NCBI GenBank assembly: GCA_002189035.1 | Contig: NEEC01000016.1 | Location: forward strand, 434,001 to 498,000 | DNA length: 64,000 nt | Direction of reading: 5' to 3' | DNA from: Utricularia gibba | Taxonomy: Eukaryota; Plantae; Magnoliophyta | Part shown: positions 34,600 through 46,409 of the stretch, in pieces | How positions within the stretch are numbered: position 1 is the stretch's first letter | Layout of the letters: the number at the start of each line of letters is the position of its first letter | Program-made: the position numbers and the translations under genes | The notes under the pieces: generated by a model | Databases searched by the model: none | What the model was told of the DNA's origin: nothing | The model's input: the letters and a program-made list of their open reading frames with translations, nothing else

Positions 34600-37500
34600 A
34601 TGGACGGAGTGGGTGCCAATGGAAAGAAAAGAAAATCTGAGAGTCATGAAAATCGAAATAAAACTGGCGGAGGTTCAAAAATTGTTGAGGATGACTTTGT
34701 TTCCAGGAATGTATCAGAATTTGAGCAGGGTAAAAAAAATCCACAAGAAAGCACTTTGGATGTGTTGAGTTCATGGTATGAAGATGGAGAATCGGATGGT
34801 AAACCTGATTGTGGGGAAACACTTGAGGAGTCAACTGTACAGCCTGCTAAGCATGTCACTGACGCGGAAATCTTGACATCCAGAGATTCTGGAGATTTAT
34901 ATGGAAAGGATAATAGCCAAGAAAATGTCTATCCAGAGACTCGAAAACACAATAAGAGAAGATGGGATGAACCTGATGACGCAAGTGGGAGGACTGGATA
35001 CCGATCAAAATCTGATCCAAGAAGTAGCAAGACTTCTGATTTAAATCTTGAATCTCCAAGTAGAAGTGATATATTGGAAGACAATTTGAATGATTTTCGA
35101 AGAAGAGGATCTCAGTTACTGAATGACAGAGGTATGAGCGGAGAGAAGCAATTAGATGTTGATGAGGAGCAGAGACAGCAAGGACATGCTAATCAAGATG
35201 TTCATGATACCATTGGAAGGTCTTCGAATCCTGATGGGGATGTTGGCACATGGGTAAGAGATAAAAGTAGGAAAGATGTCGACAATCTAGATGTTCCAAG
35301 AATATCTGAGAAGCTAGGAAGGCATCCAGTGGATGCAGATAACACTGAGATGGAATCTGAAAGAGGATCTGATTCTAGGAGGGATGTGGGAAAAGACAGC
35401 TACTGGGATGATAGATTAAAAAATACAGATGATGGTTGGAGTGACAAAAGCAGGGACCGGGAGCATACAAAAGATAATTCGAAAAGAAGGCAAGGCTTTG
35501 AACCGAGAGATGGTGAAACAACCTATGGTAATTCTAGGGATTGGGAATTACCTAAACGTGGCCGTGATAGAGCTGATGGTCGTCCTGGTGGTAGAAAAGA
35601 TGGAAACCGGACAGAAGCTGTTAAAACATCGTCCAAGTATGGAATATCAAATGAAAATTATGATGTCATTGAAATCCAAACAAAACCATTCAACAATGGA
35701 AGAGAAGAGACTAGGCCTACATCTAGGAGAGATGGTGAATTTGATGGAAGGCATCCACCTGATTCACAGGAACTTGCTTATTTAAAGGAGCATCACAATA
35801 CACAAGGATCTGCACAATCTGGAGATGATCCTAAGGATAGCTTCGTGGATGATGATCTGGACCCTCCAGATCGTTCTCCTTGGAGAGATGGCGGTGATTG
35901 GCAGTCAGAGAAATCTCGAGGTAACATGGCTAGTACTGGATCTTCTGGAAGAGGTTCTGCTGGTGGATCCCTTCCTCTGCATGGGAACCAGGAGTCTGGT
36001 ACTCTCAGTGGAGCTACTTCTCAAGGTAACAGGGGGAATAGAATGGGGAGGGTGGGAAGGACGAGAGCAATGGGAAGAGACAATCAGCAGTCTGGTATTC
36101 CATTACCTTTGGCAGGGTCTTCATATGGAGCACTTGCATTGCCACCTTCTGGACCTATCCAAGGTTTACCTCCCACCATGTCACCTGCACCCCTTCCTAT
36201 TCCCCCAGGAGTCTTTATTCCTCCATTTCAGGCTCCTATGATGTGGCCTGGTGCTCGCGGTGTTGAGATGAATATGCTTAATGTACCACCTGGCATGCCT
36301 CCAATTCCCCCTGGAGCACTACCACCTGGATTCTCCCCTGGTGCTCTGGCTTTTAATCAATCAGGGCCTGGAAGAGGAATGCTACCTGGCATTCCTGGTC
36401 CAAATTTTAATCCAATGGGACCACTGATTTCTGGTGACTCCCAGGAGAAACCCTCTGGAGGATGGGGCCCCAATAGAACTAATTCTATTCTAGGAAAAGC
36501 TCCTTCCAGGGAGAGCAGAATGATTACTCTCAAAACTTTGTCGATACTGGCATGAGACCTCAGAATTTCATCAGGGAGTTAGAGCTCACTAGTGTTGTGG
36601 ATGACTACCCAAAGCTTCGAGAGCTAATACAAAAAAAAGATGAAATTGTTTCTAAATCTGCTTCTCATCCTATGTACTACAAGTGTGACCTTCGGGAACA
36701 GGTGCTATCTTCTGAATTCTTTGGTACCAAGTTTGATGTCATTCTTGTAGACCCACCGTGGGAGGAGTATGTTCATAGGGCTCCTGGTGTCACTGACCAC
36801 ATGGAGTACTGGACATTCGAAGAAATAATGAATTTAAAGATTGAGGTCCTTTTTTTTTTGAGTTCCTTGTTTATAATTTTGCAATTGATAGTTCAAGGAT
36901 GCATAACTAAACTTGAACTTCTGTATTTGATGTAATAGTTTTCCCCACCCAGCATTTAGATGTATGTTGTTCAGCGTAAGTTGACTAACATTTGTTGTCA
37001 ACTCTTGCTTTATTATGTAGGCGATTACTGACACTCCATCTTTCATCTTTCTTTGGGTCGGTGATGGTGTTGGCTTGGAGCAAGGTAGACAATGCTTAAA
37101 GAAGGTATAGAGCCAGGGCCGTGGCCTCAACTGTAGTCTAAGCTTCAAGGGGTTCTAATTTTCTAGTCTTTAACTTCCATCTCCTTTCAATGACTCCATC
37201 TTTTGACTATTTGCTTCTGCGTGTCTTGAAAGTGGGGATTTCGTAGATGTGAAGATATATGCTGGGTGAAGACAAATAAAACAAATGCATCTCCTGGTCT
37301 ACGGCATGACTCTCATACTCTGTTTCAGCGCTCAAAGGTAATTTTTTATCAGTAGAGGAGACTGCATTTTTCATGGCAGAATAGCCTTTTTTTAATATGC
37401 CGCGTGGTCTTTAACGTATGAAGATTATAGGAATCCTAAAGTGTATCATTTACGTCCATCTGTGCCATGAAGAAATAACAAATGTGAGGTCTGCCTGCTA

Positions 37501-38697
37501 TTTTCAAGCAGAATAGCCTTATGCGAGCTGCGTGCATAAGGTTCTAGGGGCACCATGAGTGGGACAAATGTTTTCAATCTTCCTTTTTGCTTTCTGATAC
37601 ATTGATTTTTATTTGTAAATGCATGGTGCTCCACATGCTTTTGGCCACACAGATTTTGTGTTGTGAAAGTGCTTGAGTTTTAGTTTTTTCTTGAATAGCT
37701 AACTGCAGTGCTGATGTCGCAGGAGCATTGCCTGATGGGTATTAAAGGGACAGTACGACGCAGTACGGATGGCCATATAATCCATGCCAACATTGACACC
37801 GATGTAATCATTGCGGAAGAACCACCTTATGGTAATGGAGACTACTTAGTTCAAATACCTTGGAATGCCTTCTCCTGTTCTCAGCTTTTCTTGAATATTG
37901 CTCATTATTGTTTGATTCTTGTGACTCACGTTTTACTGGGAACCTAAGTTGCTGCAAAATGTCTATACATGTACATCAAGTTTCCATTCCGCCATTTTCT
38001 TGCATTCCTTGCCCCCCTTGTCAGTGATCTCAGCTTCCATAAAATGCACATTCAGGTTCCACTGCAAAGCCTGAGGATATGTACCGAATCATCGAACATT
38101 TCGCTCTTGGTCGACGAAGGCTGGAGCTATTTGGCGAAGACCATAATATTCGTCCAGGCTGGTTGACTGTTGGTAAAGGGTTGTCCTCATCAAACTTCAA
38201 TCCTGAGGTATTGAATATTTTTCTTCTCTTACATAGTTCTGCATCCTTCAGCCTTGAATGCGGCTCTGGACTGAAAACATGTCTTCCAGGCCTATGTGAA
38301 GAACTTCGCAGACAAAGATGGGAAAGTGTGGATGGGAGGTGGTGGAAGAAACCCACCCCCGGAGGCGCCTCATCTCGTCCTCACGACACCGGAAATCGAA
38401 TCTCTTCGGCCCAAGTCGCCTATGAAGAACCAGCAGCAATCTGCTTCCATAGGTTTGGCTCCATCAAACCCCGGCAGCAAATGGCCGGCCGGAAATTCAC
38501 CACAGACACATGTTATCACTCTGAACCCAGAAGCTGCAAGCTCCAACATTCCTTCCCCTGCTGCAGCAACGTTCAGGGACAGGGGAGACCATATGATGAT
38601 TCCTCCTGATGACAGGAGCGTTGTTGATAGGCACAACCCACGAATTGTTCATCCCAGTGGAGAGTTCTCGGAGTATGACAGCGCGAGTATATTGTAG
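34600..38697 (+). CDS. MTB: m6A methyltransferase complex subunit MTB (METTL14 homolog), 6 coding exons; one -1 frameshift at 36509-36511 as assembled
   Basis: [107 protein letters not shown]. Confidence 0.95.
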
Positions 38698-39072
38698 AAA
38701 AACCTTGTTCTTTGCCTTGCAGAATTTTTCCCTGCCCTGCTGCAACTTATTGAATCGTCAGTTATGTATGGATGGTTCTTTTTGGCGTGCAAAGATAACC
38801 GAAATAACCGGAATAACGGGAAAGAAATGAAAGCAGCCTCCCATTTCAAAGCGCTTTCAACCCCGCAACTTATTTGTATTTATTAGGGAAAACAAACCGA
38901 CCAAAGAAACCAACTCTCGAGAAAGAAAAGTTGAAACTTGGACAGGAGATTTTAAGGGAAGAAGGAAAAGTTTTGTCTGTGTGTTGATTCTCTGATTCCT
39001 TTTTCTGGAATCAGAGGATCATTCATCACATCTTCTTCCGGTAAACAAAGAAAAATTCTGGGAATCTTTGGA

Positions 39073-42000
39073 ATGACACAGGCAAAAATGAGAGGTTGGC
39101 TGTATGTGATTCTCTGCAACCGTTTTGGGTTGCAGTATTCACCTAAAAGGTACTTCGTTCTTGAAGATAACTGCCTCAGGAGTTTCAAATCTGCCCCAAC
39201 ATCTGAAGAACAGGTGCTTTTTCTTCTATCCAAGGGATCCATGAAGGATCATGTTTTTCTGGCTATGCACTGACCAAGGAGGATTGCTCTGCAGGAGCCT
39301 CAGAGAAGTGCGATCATAGATTCTTGCATTCGGGTCGTCGACAATGGCCGAGAGAGTCGAAACAGAAAAGTATGTGCCATGCAGACAACAAAGATAGGAA
39401 TTTGATGGATCATAGGGGATGCTGATCATGCACTTGGTTTTCATTTGCAGTTGTTTTTCATTTTCACCCTGTTGAATACTTGTAACCATAATGATCATCT
39501 TAAGGTACATTTTTCCTTTTTTCCCTTCTTTGTGTGGAATTCTTTGTCATGTCGAATCTTTTCTTCTCGAAATTTCGCAGTTGGGAGTTACAAGCTCTGA
39601 AGAAGCTGCAAGATGGATTCATTCATTACAAGCTGCTGCTCTAAACCCAAGCACAGAGACAGCTGCTTCTTCCGAGAGAAAATGGCAACCTTTCAGGTGA
39701 GTTTGTTTTGTTTCCTGCAAGTATTTAGACATCAAAACTCAATACCCCTTCTCTCCCCATACATCAAAAGGACTTAGCCTTGTGTGATCTTTATCAGCAT
39801 GAGTGTTTCCAAGAAGATGGCGAACAAAAGGCCTCCATCTTGTATTTTCACTTCTTCAACGCACGTTACTGCAATGACATCAGATGTAGTATCACCTTCT
39901 ACATGGAAGATATTTGGCTGTGAAAATGGTAATTCTACTTCATCTTGATGTTCAAGAAAAACCAGAGATTTAACTAGTGCTTCCTTAGGATTGCGTCTCT
40001 TCAAAGAAGCAAAAGACAAGGATTCCAACGGAAAGGTGAAGAAACTGGTTCACCACACTGTTCTTGACAGCATGAGCTGATCTGGTGACCTGATTTTCGC
40101 AGCTCTGGGATGATCATCCAGCGATAATGGCAGTTGGTGTCATCAATGGAACTTCAGAAGCCGTTTTTCGAGCCGTAATGTCTCTTGGTGCCTCCAGAGC
40201 AGAGTAAGTACCACATTAAACTCTTAAGTTGAATCACTTTGAATGATTCGCTGATGCCATTTTCTTCAGATGGGACTTCTGCTTTTACAGAGGAAGTGTA
40301 GTAGAGCACCTTGATGGCCACACAGACATCATTCATCTCCAACTATATAACCATTGGCTACCATGGCAAGAACCCTCCTGCTGATGCACAGTTAGATAAT
40401 CAACATAGCTTGTTATATCCTTCATGGAACTTGCAGGTCAATGAAACGCAGGGATATGTTGCTACGAAGATACTGGAGACGAGAAGAAGACGGCACCTAT
40501 GGTATGCATGTTATAGGATTAAACTGTGTAGCATTGGACCCAACTCACTCACATTGCTCTGCTTGTGGTGTAGTGATTCTTTACCACTCTGTGGTTCATA
40601 GAAAGTGTCCCCCTCAATCTGGATATGTCCGTGCTTCCCTTAAAAGTAATGCATTTCCTCCTTCAAAACTGTCACTCCATCACATAATCTGCTGTCAACA
40701 ACTTTAACACCGAGTTCCTGGGAAAAAGGTGGTGGATTTGTGATCACTCCGATTGAACAAGGCAAGGAATGTGTCATCAAACACATGCTTGCTGCTGATT
40801 GGAAATTCTGGAGATCCTGCTTGAGAAAGGCCACAGCAAGAGCCATTACCATTCGTTTTCTGGGCGAGTTGCAGGTTTGGTGTAATGCTGATCTGACTGA
40901 CTTTCAGACTGATCTTAGGCTGGAGATCTTCTAAGCAGAGATTGTTTCATGTACAGCTCTCAGAGAGTTATTCCAGGCAAAAGCGGGAAACACCAGCCAT
41001 GAATATCTATTAGTAGAGGGTAGAGGAGATGACACACCTCCTGAGATGAAAGTACACGCAGCAGAAGTTAGCTTCCAGAAACCCCAGACTGAAACTGAGG
41101 AGGAGCCTTCGAGAGTGCGGGCTATTTCCTCCAGCCTCATTGCTCTAAGTGATGCAGCTGATGAGTTCTACGATGTTCCAGAGTCTTCAGATGATGACGA
41201 TGCATCAGAGGACACACAGTGGCCTTCTAGAGCGAGCAAGGAATCACATTATGTAACCTCCTTTGTCTCCTTCTTAAAGACAGGAGAACATGATTTGTCT
41301 TCTACCTCATGCACCTGTATTTTTGGATGAACAGGACGACTATCAGCCAAAAGTGTCATCAGCATCAACCTTCGTGAAGAAATTACAAGGCTTTAAAGGT
41401 AAGTGTAGGCATAAGCAGTAGGTAACATGATCCAATGATGCACCAGAGTTCAAGATTATCAATATTTCATCATCTAGCAGCTCACAGAAAAGGATATGTT
41501 GAGCTACAAGAGGCGCCTCTGCAAGAAAATGCATCATGTTACTACGGATCAACACTTCAGAAGGAGTGCAGCCTCAACATGCCCTGCAGTTGGGCTGCAG
41601 CAGAACCTTCCTCATTCCTCATCCGTGGCGATAACTATCTTGTTGACAGCAAAAAGGTTGAACTTTACAAATACCCATAAACTATACAGTGTCTGGTTAT
41701 CATCACCTTGCCACAAGCATCCCCTTCTTGTCAGATCCCAGCAAAAGGAACTCTGCTCCAAATGGTTGGTGCAGATTGGCTCAAGTCAAACAAGAGGGAG
41801 GATAACCTCGCAGGCCGATACTCAAGCATCGTGCAGGTTTGAAGTATAGACAACTTGATGTTTCCACCACAACTACTCAAACATAGAGGAAAATAACACC
41901 ACTTTGTTTTCCTGTAAACTATGTCAGAAATATGCATCTCGTGGGGCTCCTGAGTTCTTTTTCGTCGTCAACATTCAGGTATTGATTAACCCACAGTTGC

Positions 42001-42729
42001 TCAGACATTCATCAGCACGTTGGATCATTGCTTTGTCTTCAACAGGTGCCTGGTACGTCCACCTCCAATCTGGGACTCTACTATATGCTTGAGTCTCCAT
42101 TGGAAGAAACACCTATTCTGCATCGGTTTGTCAACGGTGATGATGCCTATAGGAATGCAAGATTCAAGCTCATACCCTACATTTCAAAGGTCCACTACTC
42201 CCAGCATTCATTTCAACACTCGGATTTGAATCTAGAAGCATCTCCCTTAAACTGCATGATTTTCCTTTCCAGGGATCTTGGATCGTGAAACAAAGCGTTG
42301 GCAAGAAATCCTGCTTGATAGGACAAGCCCTCGAAGTGAATTACTTCAGAGGCCAGAACTACTTAGAGGTAACTGCATTTTTTTTTCAAGCTCCGATCTT
42401 GTTCTCATTTCTCCAACCCCGTCACATTTCCTTCCCAGATCGACATCGACGTGGGCTCATCCACAGTAGCAAGAGGGGTTGTGAGCCTCGTTCTGGGCTA
42501 TCTCAGCAGCCTCATCGTAGAAATGGCGTTCTTGATACAAGTAACTGAATCACACAGATACACACACACAAACAGCCTCCTTCACTCATTGAACCTGAAC
42601 CCCATGATGCTTAATGATTTGCAGGGCAACACGGCGGAGGAGCTGCCGGAGTTTCTCCTCGGAACGTGCCGGATGAACTACCTAGATGCCTCCAGAACAG
42701 TTAGCACAGATTCTATCAACATGGGTTGA
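39073..42729 (+). CDS. PH-START-DUF1336 protein (EDR2-like, At2g28320/At3g54800 group), many short exons; one probable -1 frameshift at 40862-40864
   Basis: PH: GWLY..NRFGLQYS-x-KRYFVLE; START: DDHPAIMAVGV, RRYWRREEDGTY; DUF1336: FLIRGDNYL, RNARFKLIPYISKGSWIVKQSVG, ELPEFLLGTCR. Confidence 0.93.
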
Positions 42730-43254
42730 AAAAGCTCTCCCCGTAGCACCACGACCGGTGTCTCATGCAACCTGAGCATGGCTACCTTTTTCCAGAATTG
42801 CATGAGACAATTCAAATGAATTTCCAGCAAATTGGAGAATATAATTCTGCTTTTTAAAACACCAAATTTCGATTAAATAATTTTTAAATTACGTCTAATA
42901 TCACTTTTCATAACTAATATAAGAATTTTAATCATGTTTTTATATTTGTATTTCATGATAATATATTTTTATATAATTTTAAACTTTTGAGAATAATAAT
43001 AGGTGTTTAATAATATAGAATCAATTTGGAAGTGAAAGATTCTCACTCTATAATTGTAATAAAGTGTTTAATAATATAGTATAGAAAATTTATGTTTAAA
43101 TTTATACATAAATCATTATTTGATTAATTAGTATATATAATTATATTACTTATATATTTAATTTTTGAATATGTGTATGATATATACAAATAGAAGATAA
43201 AAAGAATTAATTATATCTATATTATTCGTATATTCATATTTTATATATAATTGA

Positions 43255-43272
43255 ATATATATATATATATAT
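43255..43272 (+). repeat. (AT)n microsatellite in AT-rich intergenic DNA
   Basis: atatatat... run seen directly. Confidence 0.85.
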
Positions 43273-43740
43273 GTTCAGTTATACTATACTTAAATATATT
43301 AATACCCTATTATTAAATAACTTCTAAAACTAATATCATATATCCTCTTTTATGTCATTTGGAATAGCAAATGATTCAAACAGGATATATTTTTTATATG
43401 AAAATTAATAATAATTCATGAGATATAAATAAATAAAGATACAAATAACTAATATTTTTAAAATTTCTTTAATGCTTAAAAAAATTATGTAAGATAGGTG
43501 ATAATTAAATTTTAAAAAAATAAAAAATTTATTGATAAAAAACCAAAAACAAAGAAAGGGACCGTGTGGGGCCGGGCTCATTATTATTGTAAGATGGGTG
43601 TAGAAGCAAGCGGGAGTCACCGACGCGCCAACGGACAGAGCGTCGGTAGCCAGCCATGTGACGGGGGGAGGCACATGCGAATGTCTTCTTTTTTTTTTTT
43701 TTAATAATTATTTTTTTTAAAAAAATTGTTGGTGGGGAGT

Positions 43741-43903
43741 CACGTGACGGTTGTCCGCACCGGATGGAGGTGAGAGGGAGGGGGCACATGGCGGACGCGG
43801 CGGATGTCTGCCACGTGGACAATCGGATGGATGCCACAAAGCACTTTCCACTCGACTGGGCCCCACGCCGCCGCAAAACGCAACCCACGTGGTTCCTACG
43901 TCA
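43741..43903. promoter_or_regulatory. Cluster of three G-boxes (CACGTG) plus a TACGTCA box upstream of the GATA gene
   Basis: CACGTG at 43741, 43812 and 43886; TACGTCA at 43897. Confidence 0.6.
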
Positions 43904-44152
43904 CCGTTTTTCGGTGGGTTCGCCGTCGTGATGGGAGCTCGGCCGTCGGGGTGTTATGGTAAATTACTGGGTGCCATTCCTCCATAACCGACGGATTATG
44001 GAGAAATGGAGTTGAATTCAAGGTGTGTTTAGGAAAGAATGGGTCCCCGGTGGCGGTCGTCGTCTTCTTTTTTTGAAGTGTTGGTTTCCAAATGCCATGG
44101 TGGTGTAATCAATTGGCGGTTTTGGCAGCGTACGCGTATTCGCATTCTGCGG

Positions 44153-44173
44153 TGTATTGTATTGTATTGTATT
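44153..44173 (+). repeat. (GTATT)4 tandem repeat
   Basis: gtattgtattgtattgtatt seen directly. Confidence 0.75.
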
Positions 44174-45351
44174 ATGGTGTGTGGGGGCGGGTGCGAAGTG
44201 GGGGTGAAGGAAGGAGTAGACTTTAACATCAAGACTGTGAACCATTGAGCCTGATCGTAAAGGGGGACAGACAGCTTGCAATGAAACCACAGTTTCACCT
44301 ACCATTGTCTCTTTTTTTATTCCTTTTCAGCACCCCTTTTCGTTTCGAGTGAATTGCAAGCATAGAAAGGAACTCACCTCCCACTCAGAAGAGGAAGAAG
44401 AAGAATCCTTCAGTTCGGTGGCTTCTGTTTCCTATCCTTCCTCTTTTTTATCGCGTTCTACGGCGTGCTTCAGACGCCATTACTCCTTCCTTCTTTCTCA
44501 TTTCTCTCGAGAGTGAAGAAGATTGCTCACCTGGGTGGGTTGTTTTGAATTTGAAAACAGGTTAGTCTCTGCATGTGGTTGCCCCCTTTTTATTTTTCTC
44601 AATTTTGTGGAAGAAAAAAACTTGCTTTGCCCCCAATTTGCGGCATGCTGTCCGGGGAACTCGTGACTGAGCTTCAAATTCTTTGTTTTCTTCTCTCTTT
44701 CTCTTGGCTTTTGACGACTTTTGTGATGTTAGCTGCAGAAATGGTAGATTCAGTTCTGTTTCCTTTCTTGCTTTCTTCCATGAGTCAAAATTTGATAGCT
44801 TTTTCCATCATTGCCGAGGGGAAAACATTAGAGTATTGACTCTTTGCTCTTCCCATTGTTCAAGGATTGAAGTAGTTAAGTTCTCTTCAGGTTTCTGCAA
44901 CATTTTCTGAACTGTGGCAGTTGCTCCTCTTCTAATTCCTGCTGTTTTAGTTCATTGCTCTCTGCTGTAAAGATTTGGTACATTTTCTCTTGAAAATTGA
45001 ATTTCTTGGCTGTCGGTGCCTTGTGATGTTGGACATTTGTTCACATTCGCCTTCATTTTTCTGTCTTTTCTTCAACTTATTTGCTGGAAGAATCCTATAG
45101 AAGTCGCTTTATGCTAATAATACTTCTTAGCATCTAGTGCTTCAGTGTGAACCCCCACACAGCAATCCTACTTGTATTGCATTGACACGTTCCGTGTCCT
45201 CTTCATTTTTAAGCTGATTGAGAGTCGCCGTGTCCGTTTGGAATCATTGCATTGTAGCCTTAGCATTCAAGCCACAGCTACATAACAGTACTCCATTTTT
45301 CTTCTTGCCATCAAGCTTTATGTGTTCTATGTGAACTTGTTCTTTCAGGAA

Positions 45352-46409
45352 ATGGACTCAAGTTTCATGGATGAGATCGACTGTGGAAACTTCTTCGATC
45401 AAATTGATGATTTGATTAAGTTCCCTGCTGATGGTGAGTGCGGTGGCGGCACCGGTGGCTACTTTGCCGGTTCCGGCGATTCCAAGGAAATTCCGAGCAT
45501 GTGGGGTGGTGCATTGCCTGAGGCTGAAAACCTCTACCCCGGCAGCCGCACAGATGACCTCCTTGTCGAGCTCTCCGTGCCGGTAAGCATCGTCAAGTTT
45601 GGGTTTTCGCCATTGAAGTTAGCTCTAAAGCTCCCATCTTTACTTGTGACCTTCAAATATATGTGGTTGCACATTGCTAAAGCTCTTGTATCTCATTTGA
45701 GTTGCTCCTCTTTCTGCAGTATGAGGATATCGTGCAGCTCGAATGGCTTTCGACATTCGTCGAAGACTCGTTTTCGAGTGAGGGGATGACCATCGGAAAA
45801 GAGAACCTGTTAACCAAAGAGACTTCACCTGATCATTTCCAATCTTGTAGCCCTGTCTCAGTGTTAGAGAGTAGCAGCAGCAGCAGCAGCAGTAGCAGTT
45901 CATCGACTGTAGGGAAAACCAGACCTCCGGTGAGCCCCAGCCACCAGCGTGCAAGAAGCAAGCGCCCTCGGCCACCGGCCTTCATCCCGAGAGCAGGGAT
46001 TCAGCTCATAGAGACTCCTAGACCTTTTGTAGCAACTCCCACAGAAACTGAGAATGTTGCTGGTTCCCGGACAGAGGAGGAGATGATAGAACCAAGTGCA
46101 CCGGAGTCTCAGGAGACAAAGAAGATCAAGATCAGCCAACCATCTCCTCCCAAAGAGACGCAGGCATTCAGGAAATGCCTGCACTGTGAGATCACCAAAA
46201 CTCCACAATGGCGCGCAGGTCCTATGGGTCCAAAAACCCTGTGCAATGCTTGTGGTGTTCGTTACAAGTCCGGCCGGTTGTTCCCGGAATACCGCCCTGC
46301 TGCCAGCCCCACCTTTGTCCCATCTCTGCACTCCAACTCCCACAAGAAGGTCATTGAAATGAGAACCAAAGTGGTGGATGCAATTCCAGCAACAGCCCAT
46401 GCCATGTAG
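45352..46409 (+). CDS. GATA8: Class A GATA transcription factor (GATA8/BME3-like); exons 45352-45582 and 45720-46409
   Basis: ELSVP|[19 protein letters not shown] acidic motif; C-x2-C-x18-C-x2-C zinc finger [35 protein letters not shown]; [12 protein letters not shown]. Confidence 0.93.

Noticed and set aside
45871-45905. (AGC)n repeat in the GATA gene
   Set aside because: In-frame poly-Ser tract typical of this GATA subfamily.
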